From a virus (taxonomy: Duplodnaviria > Caudoviricetes): a stretch of DNA of 64,000 nucleotides. Below, piece by piece: positions 56,834 through 64,000 of this stretch. Each line of letters starts with the position of its first letter. The first letter of the stretch is position 1. The position numbers and the translations under genes are program-made. The stretch lies in IMG/VR virus record IMGVR_UViG_3300028048_000063, positions 86,080 through 150,079 of that record. One strand, written 5' to 3'. Under the pieces are notes generated by a model, which saw only the letters and a program-made list of their open reading frames with translations, did no database searches and had not been told where the DNA came from.

Positions 56834-57757
56834 ATGTCATACACAGAATTTATGAAAGATTACGAAAGAAACAAGAAAATGTATCCAGTTTTAGATTTCG
56901 ATCAACAAGCCGAATATGTTGTTAAAGCGAAAGCTGGCGACACTTATGCAATAGACCAACTCGTTATGGGTAATATGGGTCTAATTATCGATGCAGTTAG
57001 ACAAAAGACAGAAAGATTTAATTACAGATGTGGTAGTCTTGAATTCGAAGACCTTATTCAAGAAGGAGTATTAGGTATAATGGAAGCTATTAAAAGCTAC
57101 GAACCTGATCATGAAACTAAATTCACATCTTATGCAGTTTGGTGGATTAATCGATATATTATCGCAGCTATGAGCCAAGATAGTAGCACTATTAGAGTTC
57201 CTACTCATACTTTAGCTAAAGCAATAACCATTACTAAAGTTATTGATTGGCTTAAAACTGTTTTAGAAAGAGATCCAACCGAAGAAGAAATTATTCGTGA
57301 AATGGGATCCCAATTCAATGCAGAGAGTATTAGAGATTTACTTCAAATTATACAGTCTACTCATTTAATTGAACTTGATGCTACTGTAAACACAGATAAG
57401 ACTAATCACGACGCTACTCTTGGAGATATTGTACCATCTGAAGATTTATCTCCAGAAGAAATCGCTATTAAGACAGAACGTCATGAGAAACTTATGAAAG
57501 CGGTCAAAGAACTTAAACCAAGAGAGCAAGCCGTTATTATATTTAAATGGGGGCTTGTGGATGGCATAGAAAGAACACTTGAAGAAACAGCTCAATGCAT
57601 GTATGAAGCTGGATACACAAATAAGTCTGGTGGTCGTATTAGCAAACAAGCCGTTGATCAACTCGAGACTCGTGCTATGAAAAAGTTAGAAATAAAAGTC
57701 AAAAAGGCTTTTGGCGTACCTGTAGACGAAGAAACAGCAGAAGGAGGAAATAAATAA
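56834..57757 (+). CDS. RpoD/SigA-like sigma70-family sigma factor
   Basis: DLIQEGVLGIMEA, KFTSYAVWWI, TIRVP, region 4 RTLEE...QLETRAMKKL. Confidence 0.92.
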   Translation: MSYTEFMKDYERNKKMYPVLDFDQQAEYVVKAKAGDTYAIDQLVMGNMGLIIDAVRQKTERFNYRCGSLEFEDLIQEGVLGIMEAIKSYEPDHETKFTSYAVWWINRYIIAAMSQDSSTIRVPTHTLAKAITITKVIDWLKTVLERDPTEEEIIREMGSQFNAESIRDLLQIIQSTHLIELDATVNTDKTNHDATLGDIVPSEDLSPEEIAIKTERHEKLMKAVKELKPREQAVIIFKWGLVDGIERTLEETAQCMYEAGYTNKSGGRISKQAVDQLETRAMKKLEIKVKKAFGVPVDEETAEGGNK

Positions 57758-58059
57758 TGAAAAGCATAGACGCATTAATTAATAAAGTAGAACAAATCTG
57801 GCCTGGCGAGCTTGGCGACGACATCGATGTATGTGAAATCGTAAAAGACTTAAAAGTTTTAAAGGCAATTACACCTTTACTCTCAGGCGTACAAATACAA
57901 AGAGGTACAACACCAGACCAAAAAACTGTATATTTGATTCAAGTAATGCAAGCCATCCAAGTAGATGAACGCAATTACGAAACAATCAAAGAATATATAT
58001 TAGATCAAAGCGGGTACGAAAGACCAGCAGCAGAAACCGTAGAAACAGAAAACAAATAA
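57757..58059 (+). CDS. Hypothetical protein
   Basis: Coupled ORF with SD. Confidence 0.7.
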   Translation: MKSIDALINKVEQIWPGELGDDIDVCEIVKDLKVLKAITPLLSGVQIQRGTTPDQKTVYLIQVMQAIQVDERNYETIKEYILDQSGYERPAAETVETENK

Positions 58060-58074
58060 AAGGAGGATACAACC

Positions 58075-58581
58075 ATGAAAGCTTACAAATTATTCAGAGT
58101 AGTAAACAACGAACTTCACCCATTATATATCAAGACAGAAACAGTTATACCAATCGGTGTACATATGGATGCAGAAGAAGGTGAACAAACACCAGACGGT
58201 AAAGTAAAAGCTAAAGGCCTACATAAGCTTGCATATCGTCCAGGCTGGCATTTAACAGAAATACCATTCGCAGACCATATCGGAAAAAGACAACCAGATC
58301 GTAAGTTATTCCAAGCTGCCGACACTGTCTGGTGTGAAGTCGAGCTTGATGACGCTGTAGATTATACAGACGAAGCAAAGGCAAAGTCCAAGATCAAGAG
58401 ATATCAATGCTTGCGTAAGATTCCTGTAAACGGATATTATTGGTATACAACCAACGCAGCAGCTAAAGTCAGATGGCTTATATCTGGCGGAATCACAGTA
58501 ATTAGAAAATTAACACACGAGGAAGTGGCAGCTATCTGTAGAGCACACGGTATGGAACCACAACCTGTAGTACAAGAATAA
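58075..58581 (+). CDS. Conserved phage hypothetical protein
   Basis: AYKLFR, LAYRPGWH, VWCEVE motifs. Confidence 0.75.
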   Translation: MKAYKLFRVVNNELHPLYIKTETVIPIGVHMDAEEGEQTPDGKVKAKGLHKLAYRPGWHLTEIPFADHIGKRQPDRKLFQAADTVWCEVELDDAVDYTDEAKAKSKIKRYQCLRKIPVNGYYWYTTNAAAKVRWLISGGITVIRKLTHEEVAAICRAHGMEPQPVVQE

Positions 58582-58594
58582 GGAGGATAAAAAT

Positions 58595-59050
58595 ATGAAA
58601 AAAGCAAAATTTAATGTAACACAAACACTCGAAATCACAGAAGATCAATTGACAGATCTTATCGCTAACACAGTATGTGACTGTTGTGGCGTCAGATGGT
58701 GGAAATCAGAAAACAAACAAGATTATAAAGATGCTGAAGCCGAACTAAAAGCTGAAGGCCGAGAAAATCTTTGTGTTGAAGAAATTTGGTCTAGAATGAT
58801 TTTTAATGGCAAAAAAATTATGTTATTAGACCCAGAATCAGACTGGGATTGGAATAGCGATGAAGAACCAGAAGGCGGCGACTGGTATGCAGTTGGCCTT
58901 GAGGAAATTAAATCAGGCTTGGCAAAATATTTCGAAGAAGGTTACGCCACTGGATGTAGAAATGTGCAAAAAGTGCTCGACAAAGGCGACTTCTGGGACA
59001 CTGATGCAATATTCCAATGCGCTATGTATGGCGAAGTTATATATGGATAA
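58595..59050 (+). CDS. Hypothetical protein
   Basis: C-terminal DAIFQCAMYGEVIYG motif. Confidence 0.75.
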   Translation: MKKAKFNVTQTLEITEDQLTDLIANTVCDCCGVRWWKSENKQDYKDAEAELKAEGRENLCVEEIWSRMIFNGKKIMLLDPESDWDWNSDEEPEGGDWYAVGLEEIKSGLAKYFEEGYATGCRNVQKVLDKGDFWDTDAIFQCAMYGEVIYG

Positions 59051-59066
59051 AAAGGAGGATACAGCT

Positions 59067-59453
59067 ATGACACGTAAACAATTAGAAGCAATAAGAGATC
59101 AATTAAACACAAAATATTATGGAAATGAATGCAGACATCCAGACAATCTAAAGATGCCTATATCTGAAGAAGATAAACGCACATTTACAGAACTCAACTG
59201 CATTGAGATGATTAATTCATGTCTCATTTATGGCGACGATCCATTTAGAGTTATCAATCAATGGTGGTATGGCCACGGATACTGCGACAGATCATACATG
59301 TCTGAGTATGAAGAGATACTTGGTAAAGAGCGAGTAAAAGAACTCGTAGATCAACAAAGAGAGGAACTCTCTCACGCAATCATTAAACACGGCGTATATA
59401 CAGATTCAGAAGGATGTACCTATAATTCTGTAATATATGCAGACGAACAATAA
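59067..59453 (+). CDS. Hypothetical protein
   Basis: Start moved to ATG 59067 behind AGGAGG; YTDSEGCTYNS. Confidence 0.7.
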   Translation: MTRKQLEAIRDQLNTKYYGNECRHPDNLKMPISEEDKRTFTELNCIEMINSCLIYGDDPFRVINQWWYGHGYCDRSYMSEYEEILGKERVKELVDQQREELSHAIIKHGVYTDSEGCTYNSVIYADEQ

Positions 59454-59466
59454 GGAGGTACGAACT

Positions 59467-59820
59467 ATGACAATACTAACAACTAAAACAACTAAAGAAG
59501 ATTTAAAAGTTATTTACGACAACGGACAAGGCGTCCATATCGAAAGCAGGAGGACAGGATTACATTATGACCTATACGAAGGCATCGGATATAAAGGTAC
59601 CGCATCAAGCGATATTACTTTCCTAATGGTTTGCAGTAAAGAAAAAGGACAGCTAGGATTATTACAATACCTTTATGGCGCATCTGATTTAGAGGGTACC
59701 ATCCAAGGTTGTATTGAAACAATCGTAGATTTTGAAAATCACAGCTGGCAGCCATTACATATTATGGGTACTGGAATTGATATTATAACAGCAATAAACA
59801 AGAACGAGGAGGTATGTTAA
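59467..59820 (+). CDS. Hypothetical protein
   Basis: Start moved to ATG 59467 behind AGGAGG. Confidence 0.7.
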   Translation: MTILTTKTTKEDLKVIYDNGQGVHIESRRTGLHYDLYEGIGYKGTASSDITFLMVCSKEKGQLGLLQYLYGASDLEGTIQGCIETIVDFENHSWQPLHIMGTGIDIITAINKNEEVC

Positions 59821-59821
59821 T

Positions 59822-60046
59822 ATGAAGTACATTAAAGTTATTGATACAGCATTTTATGAAGAACTTGACAACGATCTAACATTTATCGTTATAGTTAGCG
59901 AAGATGAATATGAATCCCTCAAGAGAGATCTTGAGGAGATCCTAAACAACCAAGAGAACTACGATTATGTATATGGCGTAATGTTAAACGTCATCAGAGA
60001 ACATGGGGCTAAAATCTTAGAACCAGATTTAACTTTAGAATGGTAA
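59822..60046 (+). CDS. Hypothetical protein
   Basis: SD-led ORF. Confidence 0.65.
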   Translation: MKYIKVIDTAFYEELDNDLTFIVIVSEDEYESLKRDLEEILNNQENYDYVYGVMLNVIREHGAKILEPDLTLEW

Positions 60047-60053
60047 GGAGGTA

Positions 60054-60266
60054 ATGAATATGACATTATTAGAAGTATATGAAACAAAATATCCAGAAGC
60101 AAAGTATATCGCTGTATTCGAAGGTAAAGAATTACCAGATCCTAAGAATATCGAGCCTGATTATGCAGATGAATATCTAGAAACACATGGCGATAGAGAA
60201 GTGGCAGATTATTGGTATTGCGAAGAACGCAAACTTATCGTAGCACAATTAAACAAAACATTATAA
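60054..60266 (+). CDS. Hypothetical protein
   Basis: SD-led ORF. Confidence 0.65.
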   Translation: MNMTLLEVYETKYPEAKYIAVFEGKELPDPKNIEPDYADEYLETHGDREVADYWYCEERKLIVAQLNKTL

Positions 60267-60284
60267 TATAGGAGGTACACTAAT

Positions 60285-60746
60285 ATGAAGAAAGAATTAA
60301 TTTATAGCGTTATCAATCAAGCAAAAGCAAACAAAACTGCAGGACAATACGTCTCTCTCGAGAAGACTAAAGATCTTGGCAAAGGTATAACCAAAGTCAG
60401 CACGATCGTGATCAGGCTCGGTGTTAATTATGCAAACATGGCAGACGCACCATCAGATCCAGGCCCACTTCCATGGGGACAATGGGTAGAAGGATACGAA
60501 GGCTGGGTAATTGAACATAAAGGTGTTTTATACCTTCGTGTCGCTGCAGGTAAAACTGTAAAGGCCCCAAAGGCATCTGTCTATCTCGCAGAAGATGGAA
60601 GCGAACTCACATATGATCAGGTAAAACAGATCGTTGGCGAGAAGAAACTTCAAGGCTCTGATGCACCTGTTTACAATATTAAATTCGATAATATTGTAGA
60701 GATCAGCACAAGAAAGCAACCACCACAAAACAAAAAACTTAAATAA
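60285..60746 (+). CDS. Hypothetical protein (paralog of 47539..48330)
   Basis: RLGVNY, GPLPWGQW, EHKGVLYLRV, YNIKFDNIV. Confidence 0.75.
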   Translation: MKKELIYSVINQAKANKTAGQYVSLEKTKDLGKGITKVSTIVIRLGVNYANMADAPSDPGPLPWGQWVEGYEGWVIEHKGVLYLRVAAGKTVKAPKASVYLAEDGSELTYDQVKQIVGEKKLQGSDAPVYNIKFDNIVEISTRKQPPQNKKLK

Positions 60747-60761
60747 TTATTAAAAAAGTCG

Positions 60762-60795
60762 TTGACGTTATGCTCCGAAAGGAGTATAATGTTGA
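60762..60795 (+). promoter_or_regulatory. Hairpin-embedded sigmaA promoter, copy 1
   Basis: TTGACG-17-TATAAT forming a stem around C-GAAA-G. Confidence 0.75.
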
Positions 60796-60820
60796 TGACG
60801 ACATTATAGGAGGTATGAAT

Positions 60821-61072
60821 ATGATGAACGAAATTAAATTAACAATTGAAGAAAAGAACATGTTGGACAAACTCACACACGCAAACAAAATGGACTGCTG
60901 GTTCTGGATCGATGACGAACGTGATTGTATTGTAGATCTAGAGAACGATGGCCTTGTCATGGACACAGCGTCCGCAGTTATACAAATCTGGGAAGGCACA
61001 CCAGACGTAGCAACATTTTTAACCAAAGAAGAAACAGATCTATTTAATGATCTTGTAGACAGATGTTTTTAA
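60821..61072 (+). CDS. Hypothetical protein
   Basis: ATG behind AGGAGG; MDCWFWID. Confidence 0.7.
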   Translation: MMNEIKLTIEEKNMLDKLTHANKMDCWFWIDDERDCIVDLENDGLVMDTASAVIQIWEGTPDVATFLTKEETDLFNDLVDRCF

Positions 61073-61091
61073 TTTAAAGGAGGATACTACT

Positions 61092-61949
61092 ATGTCAGAA
61101 AAAATCATGAAAAACGTAACAAAGCAACAACCAATTTATCTCGTAGACTCTTCAGATCTACACTTACATATCTCTCAAGGTAATAGCAAGGTAGGAAAAG
61201 GAATTTGGACATTCAGCACACTTCCAGGTAATGCTGATCATCTTCTCGTTCTTAAAGATGGAAGATTGTTAACAGATATCGCTGGAACCTGTAGCAAGCA
61301 CTGCGAAGGATGCTTTAATGGAGGCTGTTACGCAGTTAACTCTGCACGTCTTCACCATAATGCAGTCATCCAAGCATGGGGCCAAAACACTCTAATGCTT
61401 AGATCAGGCGCTGTCTGGAAAGCAATTGACGAATTCATCGATCAAAAGAATAAGAAGTATAAAGACACTGGAAAACTTGACGACCGTCGAGTAAAAATCT
61501 GGCGTATTAATGTATCTGGCGAACTTGAGTCATGCGCAGATGTTAAAAACTGGAACGAGAGAGCAAAACTTCATCCAGAAGTTATCTTCTCTGTTTACAC
61601 AAAGAACTATGAAGCAATCGACCAATTCTTAGACAACAACGCTGAGAATGTTAATAAGATCGCTCCAAACTTTATTATTAACATCAGCCAATGGCATCAT
61701 TGTGCAGATGCATTCTTAGCAAAGTATCCAAAAAATACTTTCAACATCTTCGAATACGATGATTCTAATAGAAAGAGCAATCAACTTCCACAAGGAGATA
61801 TTGATCGCTTATTAGATATGCATCACTGCCCAGCAGTAACCAAAGAAGGAAAGCACGCTAAAACAAAGAACGGTGATCCAATCACCTGCGACATGTGTCA
61901 ACGCTGTTACAAAAAGACAGGCGAACAAACCGCCGTCTATGCACACTAA
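61092..61949 (+). CDS. Gp88-like Cys-rich protein
   Basis: GNSK, TCSKHCEGC...CYA, RINVSGE, YTK, CPA...CDMCQRC. Confidence 0.65.
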   Translation: MSEKIMKNVTKQQPIYLVDSSDLHLHISQGNSKVGKGIWTFSTLPGNADHLLVLKDGRLLTDIAGTCSKHCEGCFNGGCYAVNSARLHHNAVIQAWGQNTLMLRSGAVWKAIDEFIDQKNKKYKDTGKLDDRRVKIWRINVSGELESCADVKNWNERAKLHPEVIFSVYTKNYEAIDQFLDNNAENVNKIAPNFIINISQWHHCADAFLAKYPKNTFNIFEYDDSNRKSNQLPQGDIDRLLDMHHCPAVTKEGKHAKTKNGDPITCDMCQRCYKKTGEQTAVYAH

Positions 61950-61961
61950 GGAGGTGAGAAT

Positions 61962-62600
61962 ATGGCTACAAGACTAAGAGAATACGACGTACCAAAGGCT
62001 GTACAGGATATTGATCTACATCTCGCCATCTCACTTCTTATATTGAAGCGTGAATTGGAGGAGGCTGGAGTCTATACGACTTCAGACTCTGATCCAGATT
62101 CATTGACGAGTATGCTCGACTACATAACAAATGTAAAAAATATACCTTCCAGAAAAAACTGGCAAACAGAGATTGTGTCTAATATAACACCAGAAATTAT
62201 GTGTAAATCTGGCAGGATCGCTCCAGCCTTCCTTAGAAACATCCAAGTTATTATTGAAATGAAAGATAAATATATTAATGAAGGAAAGATCAAACCATAC
62301 ACAGCCAGCAGACCTGTAAGAGAAAGCGTGCAGGAAGATCTCGAAAATGTGATCGCACAACTAAAACGCAGTGGATCGACAGTTATGTCCAGCGACTACT
62401 TCTGGGATCCAGAAATGATCGCCAGATTGCCAGAAGCTTTGAAGGAAATTGAACAAGCAATTGGATGCAAAGTAAAGCTACACGATCCGATCGCACCAGC
62501 AGAACCAATCACACACAGAGAGAAACAAAAATACATTGATTCACAACTCTGGGTATATACTCAGATTGTACCAATGATTGTTATATCAATAGAGAAATAG
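61962..62600 (+). CDS. Hypothetical protein
   Basis: SD-led ORF. Confidence 0.7.
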   Translation: MATRLREYDVPKAVQDIDLHLAISLLILKRELEEAGVYTTSDSDPDSLTSMLDYITNVKNIPSRKNWQTEIVSNITPEIMCKSGRIAPAFLRNIQVIIEMKDKYINEGKIKPYTASRPVRESVQEDLENVIAQLKRSGSTVMSSDYFWDPEMIARLPEALKEIEQAIGCKVKLHDPIAPAEPITHREKQKYIDSQLWVYTQIVPMIVISIEK

Positions 62601-62629
62601 GAATATTTTCTCCAGCACACAGAAAGACA

Positions 62630-62661
62630 TTGACATTATACTTCGAAAGGAGTATAATGTT
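62630..62661 (+). promoter_or_regulatory. Hairpin-embedded sigmaA promoter, copy 2
   Basis: TTGACA-17-TATAAT forming a stem around C-GAAA-G. Confidence 0.78.
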
Positions 62662-62697
62662 TTTGTCATTATTAGAGACATTTTAGGAGGTAAGAGT

Positions 62698-62922
62698 ATG
62701 AACCAATTAACAGTTAGAGATTTAGCAAACCAATTAGCAGAAGCAGTAAGAGATGGATATGGCGACAAGATTATCGTAGTCGGTGATGATAACGAAGGAA
62801 ACGGATACCACGGATTATTCTATGGATTAACCGTACACGATGTAGAAGGCATCACAGATAATGGAGAGCTTATCTATGATTCTGTAACAACAGACACACA
62901 AAAATTAGTAATATTAGGATAA
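62698..62922 (+). CDS. Hypothetical protein
   Basis: DDNEGNGYH motif, SD. Confidence 0.7.
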   Translation: MNQLTVRDLANQLAEAVRDGYGDKIIVVGDDNEGNGYHGLFYGLTVHDVEGITDNGELIYDSVTTDTQKLVILG

Positions 62923-62935
62923 TAGGAGGTATAAT

Positions 62936-63097
62936 ATGAAATACGAATTATATGAAGTTAGCACTGGCAATATTTATGGAACCTTCGACACATACGAAGA
63001 AGCATACGAACAAAAAATTGAAATAAACCACAGATTACACCTTGTATGTGGTGGTGATTATTATGTAGATTTAGATATTAGAGAAATTAATAAATAA
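62936..63097 (+). CDS. Small hypothetical protein (53 aa, not in the ORF track)
   Basis: AGGAGG SD; MKYELYEVSTGNIYGTFDTYEEA... Confidence 0.65.
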   Translation: MKYELYEVSTGNIYGTFDTYEEAYEQKIEINHRLHLVCGGDYYVDLDIREINK

Positions 63098-63111
63098 AGG
63101 AGGATATAACT

Positions 63112-63459
63112 ATGTTAGAAGTTGAAAAAGAAAAAATTAATATTATCATTAAAGCACCAGGACAAAAACCAAGAATCGGACAAATACGACCAACGCTCGA
63201 GGAATATAAATATGTAGTGTATGGTGATATCGAAAGTATACCATTCCCAGGTATGGATGATGTAGATATTGTAGTTAACGATATGGGAAAGTTATTAGGA
63301 CTACCGAAAAATATCGTTATACCAGAATACGGCGATATACTTATGGGTACAATATTCTTCATTGGTGTAGACGAGAAGACTTGTATGTGGAAGTCTATGC
63401 CAGAAGATAAGATAGAAAAAGTTTTAGAATATTTAGAAAAATACGATTTAAACAAATAA
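63112..63459 (+). CDS. DUF3846-like protein (paralog of 46794..47201)
   Basis: IIKAPG...VYGDIE...VNDMGKLLGLPKN...ILMGTI. Confidence 0.7.
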   Translation: MLEVEKEKINIIIKAPGQKPRIGQIRPTLEEYKYVVYGDIESIPFPGMDDVDIVVNDMGKLLGLPKNIVIPEYGDILMGTIFFIGVDEKTCMWKSMPEDKIEKVLEYLEKYDLNK

Positions 63460-63479
63460 TAACACAAAGAAAAAAAGAC

Positions 63480-63515
63480 GTTGACATTATATTTCGAAAG
63501 GAGTATAATGTTAAC
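63480..63515 (+). promoter_or_regulatory. Hairpin-embedded sigmaA promoter, copy 3
   Basis: TTGACA-17-TATAAT within a 16-bp stem around GAAA. Confidence 0.78.
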
Positions 63516-63544
63516 ATCCAGATAAGTTTTAGGAGGTATTAATT

Positions 63545-63946
63545 ATGACAGATTTAACAAAAATTATCGACGAAATGTTAGCAACGGAACCAGTTTCAGA
63601 AGTTTACGACAAAATCGGACAATCATTAAGATACGATATTGAATATATTACAATCGATGGTGAATCAAAAGACCGCTTTGTATTAATATTAAAGGAAGAT
63701 TGGGAAGACCAAGTACTTCCAGATATTGATGAGATGTTGGTTAACGAACTAGAAAACAGAGAAGGCAAAAAAGTTGGGCTTCGAGACATCTGGTTTCTTT
63801 CAGACGACGAAAACGATGTTGATGAAAGCGAAGTAACAAGATATTATATAGAAAAATTATTAGATATGGGATACGACATAGATGATAATGATGAAGTATG
63901 TATCGGAACAATCGTAACAGATTGGTACAATAAAAACATAGGATAA
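63545..63946 (+). CDS. Hypothetical acidic protein
   Basis: SD-led ORF. Confidence 0.7.
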   Translation: MTDLTKIIDEMLATEPVSEVYDKIGQSLRYDIEYITIDGESKDRFVLILKEDWEDQVLPDIDEMLVNELENREGKKVGLRDIWFLSDDENDVDESEVTRYYIEKLLDMGYDIDDNDEVCIGTIVTDWYNKNIG

Positions 63947-63961
63947 TAGGAGGTAAATAAT

Positions 63962-64000
63962 ATGGATTACAGAGAATATTGGAAAGAAGAACTTCAAGGC
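63962..64000 (+). CDS. Hypothetical protein, truncated at the window edge
   Basis: AGGAGG SD then ATG (MDYREYWKEELQG). Confidence 0.5.
   Translation, partial: MDYREYWKEELQG

Noticed and set aside
657-63789. Many antisense or alternate-frame ORFs in the track (e.g. 2607..3035, 17012..17440, 25228..25680, 43027..43509)
   Set aside because: They overlap well-supported genes, lack SD sites and have shadow-ORF composition

Overview
A 64-kb segment of a large AT-rich tailed phage, probably a siphovirus of a low-GC Firmicutes-type host (strong AGGAGG Shine-Dalgarno sites, TTGACA-17-TATAAT promoters), with SPbeta-like gene order. From 1 to 26.7 kb the minus strand carries the late module: phosphoesterase, terminase, portal, protease/scaffold, decoration protein, major capsid, connectors, tail tube, holin, RuvC-like resolvase, tyrosine recombinase, phosphatase, glutaredoxin-nrdD-nrdG and virion proteins. 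From 27.2 to 33.8 kb the plus strand carries a YonO-like single-subunit RNA polymerase and a TROVE-like/vWA (DUF2828-type) protein followed by two small stem-closed RNA-like units. An AT-rich junction at about 34.0-34.35 kb coincides with a switch in C/G strand bias. The most unusual feature is 34.85-36.94 kb: about 2.1 kb of GC-enriched, ORF-poor, hairpin-dense sequence with nested long-range complementarities. Its 5' end resembles a circularly permuted group II ribozyme (D5-like, D6-like, short spacer, GTGCG). From 37 to 64 kb is an early region of mostly small hypothetical genes plus a kinase, an HD protein, two PcfJ-like proteins, a sigma70 factor, a Gp88-like protein, several small structured elements and repeated hairpin-embedded promoters. 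All product calls come from motif recognition and synteny by eye; no searches were run.
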